IMG/VR virus record: IMGVR_UViG_3300012953_000196
Coordinates: 1-25,820 of that record
DNA: 25,820 bases
From: a virus
Taxonomy: Duplodnaviria > Caudoviricetes
Reading direction: 5' to 3' (one strand)
Part shown: piece after piece, positions 16,485 to 25,376 of the stretch
Numbering within the stretch: position 1 is the stretch's first letter
Layout: each line of letters starts with the position of its first letter
Program-made: the position numbers and the translations under genes
Notes under the pieces: generated by a model
The model's database searches: none
What the model saw: the letters and a program-made list of their open reading frames with translations, nothing else
What the model was told of the DNA's origin: nothing

Positions 16485-19400
16485 ATGATCAATGGAGGTT
16501 CAAACATATACGACGGTACTATGAATATAGACGTACAAGTAGGCACGGCTACTGTTGGGGAAAGTGCGGCCGCAAAAAGAAATGAAAGACAGTATGGTGT
16601 TATATATGATTTGCTAGCTGCGGGTCCTATAGAAGGTGTGGTTGGAGGTTTGTCAGGAATTTATTTAAATGATACGCCTTTAATAGATCGTGCCACTTAT
16701 AAAACAGTGCGTATGAAACAGCATGCAAATACTAGTATAAATGGAAGTACCGATGTAATAACTTCACCAAATTTGTTTAAAGATGTAGTTTTAACATCGG
16801 GGGCTCGTTATGTGCAGATGATACCTACCGGAGCAAATCCTGGAAAAACTGCTGGGGGCGTGGAGACAACCCTACAAAATGCAATGACAAAAGGATCTGT
16901 TAGTGTTACTACTGCCGCTTCCGTATTTACTTACATTCAGAGACTGAATTTTGACCAAAGCGGTCCTCAAACTCTTGAGGATCATATTGGAGTAAAGGTA
17001 CGTATAGCAGGGGCGGGCGTAGACGGTAAGCAGCATGTCGCAGTAATTACTCAAATTCCTAATGGTTCTGGCCCAAATGCGGTAATTTTCCCTCCTATTG
17101 AGACTGCAGTGGCTGCCGGGGCTGCCGTATATATAGATAACTTTTTTGCCGTTAGTAGTGTTATAAATGATAATTCAGCTGTTTTAGCTGGCTATAATGG
17201 TAATAGTACTAGCAACCAGAATATTATACTCTCTCAAGCTTCTCAATTTTACAATGATAGTAGTTCTTCTTTAAACTATGATAATGCTTTCGCTCACGTT
17301 AAAACTGGAACAAGAAATCAATTACCTATAATTGCTGCTCCAGGATATGGAGAAGCTCCTTCAGCTTCCTACATGATTAGTCCTCGTAAAAATTTAACGT
17401 GGTTTCAAGGAACAGGGGGAAAAACGCTTTCTCCAGGCAATGCTACTTCAAGTGCTAGTTTTATTTCTGCCGCCGATTTTAATTTAGGACAAAATGTAAA
17501 AAATGAAATAGATAGAATAAACATAACAATAGATTTTCCTTCAGGATTAAGGTATATAAGCCCAAAAGGAAATGATGGTCCTGCTGCCGTAGAATTTCAA
17601 ATAATCTTTGAATATAAATTAGATGCATCTGAGAGCACTTTTACTCAGGAACTAGTCCATGGGCGTAACTATGGAGGAGCAGATTTTATAGACGGAGTTC
17701 ATCAAGCCGCAAATAATACTAGCAAGACAAATGACTATAGTTGGATAGCGACCGGACAAGACTTTGATCATCAAGATAAAATTGATAATTATTTTGATAA
17801 TCATGGAAGTTTCTCTCGATATCATAATGCTACTGTAGTTCGTAAAGCTCAGACTGCTTCTTTTACCAAAGATTTTAGTATCATTCTCTCTAAGTATCAG
17901 CCTCTTTATGATTGGAAAATACAAATACGTAGGCTTACCCCCGATAATCCAGCACACTGGAATCCTGTAGAAATTGATGGGATGAATGCTCAGCTTTTTG
18001 CGAGCTGTAATATACAGACTGTAGAAGCTCAGATTGTAGATAAGTTTACCTACCCAACTTCAGCATATGGGGTTGTTTCATATGCTGCAGAAGATTTTCC
18101 AACCCCTCCTAAAAGATCTTATAAGATACGAGGTCGACAAATAAAAGTTCCTTCTAATTACGTTACACGAGAAGAAGCCAACTCGACACAAGCGCAGTAT
18201 AATAGAAACGTTTCAACAGGTGCTCTAGTTGTAGACGGGTCCGGTAATCCGGTCTATCAACCTTGGAACGGTAGTTTTAGAGGAGATTATAGTCTTTCTG
18301 CTACTCATATAAATCATCGTAGAGTTTACACAAATAACCCTGCCTGGATTTTTTATGATGTTCTTACAGATAAAGAAATAGGTCTTGGAGAGTACATACA
18401 AGAAACTGATATAGATAAGTATGCTTTGTATCAAATTGCAAGATACTGTGATGAGTTGGTTCCAAACGGTAGAGGAGGATTAGAGCCTAGATTTTCTTGT
18501 AATGTGTATATCAAGTCCCAAGCAGATGCGTATAAAGTACTTAAAGATTTAGCTAGTAGTTTTCGAGCTATGATGTACTGGATTGATGGAGAAATAGTAT
18601 CCGTTCAAGATAGTCCTAAAGAGCCTGTATATACTTTTACTACAGGCAATATAGAAGATGGAATATTTGAATATACGTATACAGGTCAACGAGGTCGTGC
18701 AAATCAAATTAATGTAACTTGGAATAATCCTTTAGAGTTATATAAAAGAACAGTTCTTACTGTTGAAGATACTGCAAACATTGAAAGTGTAGGAAAAGTT
18801 ATTTCTTCGGATATTGTTGCATTTGGCTGCACATCAGAGGGACAGGCTCGTAGACTAGGCGACTGGCACCTTGCAACAACAAAAAATGAAGCTGAAATAG
18901 TTTCTTTTACATCCGGACTAAATGCAGCTTTTTTGCGTCCGGGAGACATAATAAATGTTCAAGATAAGAGACGTTATGGCTTTGAAGCCAGTGGGCGTAC
19001 AGGATCAGGATCAGGCACAATAAACAGTGGGAGTACTCATTACATTGAACTAGATAGAACCGCTACAGCTCCTGGTGGAGGTAATCTAAATGGTTGTAAT
19101 TTATACTTAATATTTACCGAGCCTGGTATATATTTAGCACAAGATAGTGCAACGATTAATAGCGTATCATATGTAAGAGGGCAGCTTTTACTAGAAAATG
19201 CCTCTGGAGGAGCTATTGCTACCCAAGAGCAGGCAGCAAATCTTATAGATGATTCAAACAATCCTGTTATTACTCACTATTCCGAAAATTCAAGAGTCGA
19301 AGTAAAAGCAATTACTACGAATGCTAGTTCAGCAAGTACTATTGCGGTAAATGGTTTATTTTCTTCTACACCTCAGCAGGATACTATATGGGCAATAAGT

Positions 19401-22400
19401 AGAAAAGATGATGTAAATACTGATGACTTACAAGAATACAGAATTTTATCAATAGCAGAAGAAGAGGACGGTAAGTATTCTATAACTGCTTCTTTATATG
19501 CAAAAGATAAGTATGACGAAATTGATACTGATTTTTCAGTCGCTACTAATAGATATATACCTCGTCCAAAAGTCGCGGATCTTGTACCTGCTCCTACAGG
19601 ACTATCTATTGAGCAGCTACCTTCTTCTTCAATTTCCAAAGATGGTACTGGAACTACGGTTTCAGTAATCACTTCGTGGAGTTCCCCTACAGAAACTTTT
19701 AAAGATTCTATTGGAACTACAACGCGTATCGGATATAGATTTTTATCTCATTATCAAATTCAACATACGTTCCCCTCGGCAGGTAATAGTGCACAGGAAA
19801 ATAATTGGGGAAATATTAGAGATATACCCGGCAATACTAGTACAATGACTTTTCCAAATGTAGATGCTGGAACTTATACTATACGTATAAGGGCTGTAAA
19901 TACTGAAGGAGCTCATTCTCCTTGGAATGAGATAACGCGCGAAGTCTTCTCCTTACCTCCAGGGACAAGTAGAATTGCACGAGTTCCTCGTGGTGGGTTT
20001 TTAACATTTAGTCCTGAGTTAAATCAAACTACAGGTCTTCTTCAAATTGATGCAACTGCGTATCGTTATATTCATCCAAGTGGTGAACAGTATATTTTTA
20101 ATCCCGCAACCACTGCTCAACTACAGCAAGCTTTTAATAGCTTACCTGCAGGACAAAAAGCTTTTTGGGTTTTTGATGCTAGTAATACTTCGGATCCCTG
20201 GCTTGTTATGCAATTGCATACAGATACTGTTACTTCAGATATTACTGGTAATGTTTCAAACTTTAACTACTTAAAAGGGGTATCGGCTTCAAACAATGGG
20301 CTTACTGCAGCAAGCGGGACAGTCACAGTAACTGCTGGAAGTACGGAAGTTACCGGAAGTAGTACTGCATTTACTACAGACTACTATGTTGGTGGTTTTA
20401 TAAAAATAAGTACAAATAGTGCTGCCGGAACACAGGTTGCAACTTCTGAATATAGAGAAGTAGTTGAAATAGAGAGTAATACAAAACTATTCGTAAGAAA
20501 TCCTTTTACTAGAAGCTTCTCTGCTAAGCACGCAATGAAGCAAACTACTGGAATAAGATTCCAGAAAGATGCTATTCTTGCAGAAATTACTCGAGCTTCG
20601 TCAGGCACTTCTCCTTATAGCGCAGAGTTTTATGTTCAGGGTAAGGGTAAGAGCGGTTCAGATACTACAAAAACTGTTCATATATTTAGAACTGGAACTT
20701 TACCTATTCCTACACCGGATCCTACTTCAACGGAATTAGGAAGAGATCCTGTAGATAATGATTATGCTACACTACATTATGAGGATAAAGACGTAGTTTT
20801 AGTATATGATGGAACAGGATGGGGTGAAGAAGAAGATATTCTTGATGGTAGATTAATACGAGAAAATACACTTCCATCAGACGTTATCGAAAGCACAGCA
20901 AGTATTGATAAAATAGATAGACTAAAAAATCCCTATGATTTACAGTCTACTGCAAATCCTGGAAATAAGGGAGAGATAGTACTAAGAAATGTAGGGGACA
21001 GCCAAAATGCAACCACATGGGGAGCGGTAGGGGTTGTAAAAATAGCCACAGTTGATAGCGAGGGCGCTCCTAAGAAAAGAAAACTTGATAGTATAACAAA
21101 ACGTTCCTACGTACATCTAGTTGAGGACGTTTCTGACGCTGCCCAAGATAGTGGGACTGTTCCTTCAAAAATATTATTTCAAGCAAATGGTAATTCAACG
21201 CTAGTAAGCACTACTACGTCTAGCACTATTACATCGCAGGGATATAAAAGTAGCCGAGTATACTTGCAAAATGCTAATAGTGCTATTAAGCTAGGGGATC
21301 TTTTCTCCGCCACAGGAATATCAGGACTATTTGCTACCCCTAAGGTTACGGGTATTCAGATATCTAGTAGTCCTTATTATGTTACCTTAAGCACAAGGGT
21401 TCCTTCGTGGTCTGGTTCACGAATTGGCACCTTTACAAGACAACATCATGTTATAGGTGTAGATAACACCGTTCTATCTGTGGGCACCCCTAATACCAGT
21501 GCTAACTATATTGTCAAGATACAAACAGGTACTCCAAGCGAAGCAGTGACAGGGGAAGCAATAGTTGCAGGAACCGTGACTGACACCGCAATAGCAAATG
21601 GTACTATTACTGGTACAAGTATTGCATCTAATACTGTAGCAACAGGAAATATAGCAAGCGGGGCAGTAACCGCAAACGAGATAGGATCTAATGCAGTTAC
21701 AACTGCGAAACTAGATTCTGGAGCAGTAACTGGAGCAAAAATTGCTTCTGCTACTATTAATAATTCAAATATTACGAATGGTACTATTACTGGTACAAAG
21801 ATTGCTTCTGCTACTATTAATAATTCAAATATTACGAATGGCACTATTACTGGTACAAAGATTGCTTCCGCTACTATTACTGATACGAATATTACAAATG
21901 GCACTATTACTGGTTCAAAAATAGACTCTGCCACTATTACCGGCAGTAATATGGTTAATAGTACTATTACAGGTACTCAAATTGCAGGCTCTACTATTAC
22001 TGGAAGTAAGATTGCAGGAACTACTATTACCGGCAGTAATATGGTTAATAGTACTATCACAGCTACTCAAATTGCAGACTCTACTATTACCGGAGGTAAG
22101 ATTGCTTCAGCAACTATTCAAGCCGCAAATATAGTAGACGGTACTATTACCGGAACACAAATAGACTCTGCTACTATTACTGGATCTAATATTTCTGGCT
22201 CAACTATTAGTAATAATTTATTAATAAACAATACAATCCAAGGCGGAAAAATTGCACTTGCTACTATTCAGGGCGGAAATATTGCAGCAAATACAATTAC
22301 ATCAACTAATATAACTGTAACCAATCTTTCGAGCTTATCAGCAAATATAGGTGCAATTAGTTCTGGAAGTTTGCAAGGCGGCACTGTTCCAGACGCAAAT

Positions 22401-24197
22401 ACTGCTCCAAGTGGAACGGAGACGGGAAGCTTCTTTGATCTGACACTTGGAAGATTTGTAGTTGGAAATGCAACAAATTATGTTCTTTGGAATGGCACTG
22501 CTCTTGTAATTGGAGGAGATGTAATTGCAACAGGAAATATTAAAGATGATGCAATTAGTGCCGCAAAAATTGCAGATGATGCTGTAACTGAGGATACAAT
22601 TGCAGCGGATGCAGTTGTAAGAGCAAAAATTGCAGATAATGCAATTAATGCAAATAAGATTGCTTCGAATGCAATTACTGCAACTGAAATAGCTGCAAAT
22701 ACCATTACTGCGAATCAACTTACTACTGGAGAGTTTGTAACAGCTACCGCAAATATTGGTGATGGTATAATTACGAATGCAAAGATAGGCAGCTTAAACG
22801 CCAATAAAATTGAAGCAGATACCACTTTTTCAAATGATCTAACTGTAGGAAGTACTTTTACTATGAATAGTTCCGGAAAAATGTATAGTTCCGGTAAAAC
22901 TGATTTTGGAAATGCTACTGCAGGGTTCTTTCTAGGCTACTCAGGAGGTCAGTATAAGTTTCATTTAGGAGATAACTCAAATTATGTAAAATGGGATGGA
23001 TCTGCTCTTACTATAAACGGTACTTTAAATATTACAGCAAGTGAAGTAAGCGGTCTAGGAGACGCTGCAACTCAAAATGTTGCTAATATTAATATAGGAG
23101 ATCTAGATAATGCAAGTAGCTTTAAAGGAGCTCTAGGTAACTTAAATAATCCAAGTTCTGCAATTACTCCCACTGATGATACATTAGCAGCTACAAAAAT
23201 TACTGGAGCTCAAGTAAACTCAAATGTAACTTCTATTTCTGGAGGAGTAATTCAAACAGGCACTCTAAATGCAGATAGAATAACTGCCGGAACTTTTACT
23301 GCTTCAGATATTTCAGGAGATATTTCTACTATATTAGCCGCATCGGCAGAAGGCTATGGGTCTGTATATAATGGCCAGCAAAGTGCTAGCGGCACCGGTA
23401 CTCATGGAATTATGACAAATGCAGTATATGCAGCAGCAAAAGAAGCTCCTCAGCATACTCGAACTGTAGGCTTTTTTACTTATACTGTTGCAGCCAAGGA
23501 TTATCCGACTTTTTATCTTCCTGCGAACTCAGAAGGGCATACGATAGTTTCTAACCTTCAAGTATTTACTTCAAACAATACTGTCCAAGTATGTCTATAT
23601 ATAGAAAAGCCTAGCTGGATGGGTTATGCAACTTCAAGTTATAGTGGTACTTTTATTAATGCTAATTCAAACAACCCCAAGGTTAGTACTTCTACTTGTA
23701 CCGCTCAAAGCAATTCTGTAGCAGATAGTAGCTATGGAGCTGATTTGAGAGTTACTGTAAATGGAGATGTGAGAGGAACATTAATTCCTGGCTGTTTTTT
23801 ACAAAAAGGCGCATATGGATACGACTGTAGAGTAGTATATTGGGAATATGATGCCGCAAATGATAGAAGTACAATTTGGTATCAGTCTCTGCTTACAGGA
23901 GGTGGTAGTAGTGAATATGCTCAGGGATATCGAAATGTTGCTGTTTATAGCTCGGGAGATACTGTTAGGACTTACATGTATCAGTTTAGTTCCACACAAT
24001 ACTACAGACCTCTGATTGCTGGAGCAAGAGCTCCAACACAAACCGCCGTACTTAGTGGTTTGGATAACCATATTATAAATTTAATAGGATCAGCAGGAGG
24101 GCAAGTAACTTCTGCCCATACCCTTTCTATACTAGCCACTGGCAACGGGACTGGAGTTATACAGAAACTATCAGGTACAGTAAGCGGAGTAAGATAA
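16485..24197 (+). CDS. Central tail fibre / tip attachment protein (lambda gpJ-like), 2570 aa
   Basis: DLLAAGPIEG, RSYKIRGRQIKVPSNY, YTNNPAWIFYDVLT, IDKYALYQIARYCDELV, EPRFSCNVYI, AFGCTSEGQARRLG, LRPGDII, an FN3-like YTIRIRAVNTEGAHSPW segment, then a repetitive shaft and a variable C-terminus. Confidence 0.95.
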   Translation: MINGGSNIYDGTMNIDVQVGTATVGESAAAKRNERQYGVIYDLLAAGPIEGVVGGLSGIYLNDTPLIDRATYKTVRMKQHANTSINGSTDVITSPNLFKDVVLTSGARYVQMIPTGANPGKTAGGVETTLQNAMTKGSVSVTTAASVFTYIQRLNFDQSGPQTLEDHIGVKVRIAGAGVDGKQHVAVITQIPNGSGPNAVIFPPIETAVAAGAAVYIDNFFAVSSVINDNSAVLAGYNGNSTSNQNIILSQASQFYNDSSSSLNYDNAFAHVKTGTRNQLPIIAAPGYGEAPSASYMISPRKNLTWFQGTGGKTLSPGNATSSASFISAADFNLGQNVKNEIDRINITIDFPSGLRYISPKGNDGPAAVEFQIIFEYKLDASESTFTQELVHGRNYGGADFIDGVHQAANNTSKTNDYSWIATGQDFDHQDKIDNYFDNHGSFSRYHNATVVRKAQTASFTKDFSIILSKYQPLYDWKIQIRRLTPDNPAHWNPVEIDGMNAQLFASCNIQTVEAQIVDKFTYPTSAYGVVSYAAEDFPTPPKRSYKIRGRQIKVPSNYVTREEANSTQAQYNRNVSTGALVVDGSGNPVYQPWNGSFRGDYSLSATHINHRRVYTNNPAWIFYDVLTDKEIGLGEYIQETDIDKYALYQIARYCDELVPNGRGGLEPRFSCNVYIKSQADAYKVLKDLASSFRAMMYWIDGEIVSVQDSPKEPVYTFTTGNIEDGIFEYTYTGQRGRANQINVTWNNPLELYKRTVLTVEDTANIESVGKVISSDIVAFGCTSEGQARRLGDWHLATTKNEAEIVSFTSGLNAAFLRPGDIINVQDKRRYGFEASGRTGSGSGTINSGSTHYIELDRTATAPGGGNLNGCNLYLIFTEPGIYLAQDSATINSVSYVRGQLLLENASGGAIATQEQAANLIDDSNNPVITHYSENSRVEVKAITTNASSASTIAVNGLFSSTPQQDTIWAISRKDDVNTDDLQEYRILSIAEEEDGKYSITASLYAKDKYDEIDTDFSVATNRYIPRPKVADLVPAPTGLSIEQLPSSSISKDGTGTTVSVITSWSSPTETFKDSIGTTTRIGYRFLSHYQIQHTFPSAGNSAQENNWGNIRDIPGNTSTMTFPNVDAGTYTIRIRAVNTEGAHSPWNEITREVFSLPPGTSRIARVPRGGFLTFSPELNQTTGLLQIDATAYRYIHPSGEQYIFNPATTAQLQQAFNSLPAGQKAFWVFDASNTSDPWLVMQLHTDTVTSDITGNVSNFNYLKGVSASNNGLTAASGTVTVTAGSTEVTGSSTAFTTDYYVGGFIKISTNSAAGTQVATSEYREVVEIESNTKLFVRNPFTRSFSAKHAMKQTTGIRFQKDAILAEITRASSGTSPYSAEFYVQGKGKSGSDTTKTVHIFRTGTLPIPTPDPTSTELGRDPVDNDYATLHYEDKDVVLVYDGTGWGEEEDILDGRLIRENTLPSDVIESTASIDKIDRLKNPYDLQSTANPGNKGEIVLRNVGDSQNATTWGAVGVVKIATVDSEGAPKKRKLDSITKRSYVHLVEDVSDAAQDSGTVPSKILFQANGNSTLVSTTTSSTITSQGYKSSRVYLQNANSAIKLGDLFSATGISGLFATPKVTGIQISSSPYYVTLSTRVPSWSGSRIGTFTRQHHVIGVDNTVLSVGTPNTSANYIVKIQTGTPSEAVTGEAIVAGTVTDTAIANGTITGTSIASNTVATGNIASGAVTANEIGSNAVTTAKLDSGAVTGAKIASATINNSNITNGTITGTKIASATINNSNITNGTITGTKIASATITDTNITNGTITGSKIDSATITGSNMVNSTITGTQIAGSTITGSKIAGTTITGSNMVNSTITATQIADSTITGGKIASATIQAANIVDGTITGTQIDSATITGSNISGSTISNNLLINNTIQGGKIALATIQGGNIAANTITSTNITVTNLSSLSANIGAISSGSLQGGTVPDANTAPSGTETGSFFDLTLGRFVVGNATNYVLWNGTALVIGGDVIATGNIKDDAISAAKIADDAVTEDTIAADAVVRAKIADNAINANKIASNAITATEIAANTITANQLTTGEFVTATANIGDGIITNAKIGSLNANKIEADTTFSNDLTVGSTFTMNSSGKMYSSGKTDFGNATAGFFLGYSGGQYKFHLGDNSNYVKWDGSALTINGTLNITASEVSGLGDAATQNVANINIGDLDNASSFKGALGNLNNPSSAITPTDDTLAATKITGAQVNSNVTSISGGVIQTGTLNADRITAGTFTASDISGDISTILAASAEGYGSVYNGQQSASGTGTHGIMTNAVYAAAKEAPQHTRTVGFFTYTVAAKDYPTFYLPANSEGHTIVSNLQVFTSNNTVQVCLYIEKPSWMGYATSSYSGTFINANSNNPKVSTSTCTAQSNSVADSSYGADLRVTVNGDVRGTLIPGCFLQKGAYGYDCRVVYWEYDAANDRSTIWYQSLLTGGGSSEYAQGYRNVAVYSSGDTVRTYMYQFSSTQYYRPLIAGARAPTQTAVLSGLDNHIINLIGSAGGQVTSAHTLSILATGNGTGVIQKLSGTVSGVR
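21540..22340 (+). repeat. 30-bp (10-aa) degenerate tandem repeat block, including near-perfect 60-bp and 90-bp duplications
   Basis: ACTATTA recurs every 30 nt. 21741-21800 and 21801-21860 differ at one base, and 21931-22020 and 22021-22110 are a close duplicate. Protein consensus is about xTITGxxIxx. Confidence 0.95.
22520..22820 (+). repeat. Second 10-aa repeat block (Ala/Asp-rich, AIxAxKIADx)
   Basis: DDAISAAKIA-DDAVTEDTIA-ADAVVRAKIA-DNAINANKIA-SNAITATEIA-ANTITANQL. Confidence 0.88.
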
Positions 24198-24505
24198 TGA
24201 CAACAACATATGAAATAAGAGAATTATATACACGAGGAGAGAATAAAACTATAATATCTGCTAAAGTTAGATGTACTGTTACAGAAGATGGGCAAACTGC
24301 ATTTACAGAAGATGAGGTTTGTTGCCAACCAGCAGATTTTCCTGGGGATTATTCTTTTGTTGCCTTTGAAAATCTTACAAAGGACTTAGTGGAGAGTTGG
24401 ATTCTTAGAGATGATTGGAAAGTTTTTTGCGGTAAAGAGATGGAGGAGAATGCTTTGGCTCAAATAACTAATCCTACAATTGATACAAACAGTCTTCCTT
24501 GGTAA
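24197..24505 (+). CDS. Hypothetical protein, possibly a tail fibre-associated / assembly protein
   Basis: TAATG-coupled to the gpJ-like gene, with GGAG SD. FVAFENLTKDLVESW...LPW is a pattern I recognise from small proteins that follow phage fibre genes. Confidence 0.65.
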   Translation: MTTTYEIRELYTRGENKTIISAKVRCTVTEDGQTAFTEDEVCCQPADFPGDYSFVAFENLTKDLVESWILRDDWKVFCGKEMEENALAQITNPTIDTNSLPW

Positions 24506-24534
24506 TATATAAAATAAACTTAAAAAGACATGTA

Positions 24535-24575
24535 AAAAAATAATTCTTGACTCCTCACGTCCTGTTTGATATAAT
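24535..24575 (+). promoter_or_regulatory. Sigma70-type promoter for the lateral fibre operon
   Basis: AAAAAATAATTC-TTGACT (24547-24552), 17-bp spacer, TATAAT (24570-24575). The first 18 bp are identical to 8366-8383. Confidence 0.92.
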
Positions 24576-24595
24576 TTCATCATGGAGAAATTGAA

Positions 24596-24934
24596 ATGAG
24601 TGCAGCAAACCACGACCTAGTGATTGACCAAGGATCGACTTTTGTGATTGACTTAACAATCAAAGAGTCCGGATCCTTGAAAAACTTGACTGGCTTTTCA
24701 GCCAGGGCTCAGATGCGCTCAACAAAGACAGCATCGGGAGTAGCAGCTTCGTTTACTTGCACCATTGCAAACCCTACGAATGGAGTAGTAAAAATGGAAC
24801 TACCAGCACTTACATCGACTGCGATGGCAGCTGGTGTTTATTTTTATGACTTAGAAATACACACAGCAAATGATGCAATAGTAAAACGACTTATAGAAGG
24901 AAAAGTTACTATAAATCAAGAAGTTACGAGATAA
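24596..24934 (+). CDS. Fibre collar / attachment protein (T5 p132-like, BppU-N/LtfC-like beta-sandwich)
   Basis: DLVIDQGSTF...NLTGFSARAQMR...GVYFYDLEI...RLIEGKVTINQEVTR pattern, first gene before the fibre genes. Confidence 0.75.
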   Translation: MSAANHDLVIDQGSTFVIDLTIKESGSLKNLTGFSARAQMRSTKTASGVAASFTCTIANPTNGVVKMELPALTSTAMAAGVYFYDLEIHTANDAIVKRLIEGKVTINQEVTR

Positions 24935-24936
24935 CG

Positions 24937-25356
24937 ATGTCGACTCCTCCAGCTACTCAAGTTACGATTACAGAACAAGTAACTGATTTAACTGTTACAA
25001 ATACTAATGCAATTTCTGTAGATTTAACAACAGAAGACGTTTCTGTAAGTATAAATAACTTTGCAATTCCAGTTAATTTTATGGATGCAGCAAACGTTGT
25101 TTTTGCTGGCCATAATACTGTTACAGCAAATAATGTAAGTGATGCTATAAAGCAACTTGCAGATCAACAATTTAGAGGAACAACTCCTCCTGCAGATGGA
25201 ACAGCCAATCTGGAGGAAGGAGACCTTTTTTACGATACTGATGACAATCAAGTTAAAGTATACCGCGAAACTAGTTCAGGAGTTTTTGAGTTTGTACCTA
25301 TAATAGTAGGTGACGCCTCAGGTGATTCAGATACGCTAGACGCAGGAGCCTTTTAA
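24937..25356 (+). CDS. Hypothetical virion protein, probable fibre adaptor
   Basis: Thr/Val-rich N-terminus, TVTANNVSDAIKQL, a GTTPP...EEGDLFYDTDDNQVKVY module, and a C-terminal DAGAF. Confidence 0.65.
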   Translation: MSTPPATQVTITEQVTDLTVTNTNAISVDLTTEDVSVSINNFAIPVNFMDAANVVFAGHNTVTANNVSDAIKQLADQQFRGTTPPADGTANLEEGDLFYDTDDNQVKVYRETSSGVFEFVPIIVGDASGDSDTLDAGAF

Positions 25357-25376
25357 GGCTAACCCCGGAGTTTTAA

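Noticed and set aside
21540-22340. Possible CRISPR array
   Set aside because: The repeats are contiguous, in frame and degenerate at third codon positions, with no unique spacers and no cas genes.
23340-24197. Possible diversity-generating retroelement variable region at the fibre C-terminus
   Set aside because: I found no template repeat differing at adenines and no reverse transcriptase in the window. A remote copy elsewhere in the genome cannot be excluded.
3230-25251. Short minus-strand and alternate-frame ORFs in the track (e.g. 3230-4603, 7108-7350, 9736-12613, 17652-20608, 21506-22718)
   Set aside because: All lie inside well-supported + strand genes and show no recognisable motifs. 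The repetitive ones simply mirror the fibre repeats.
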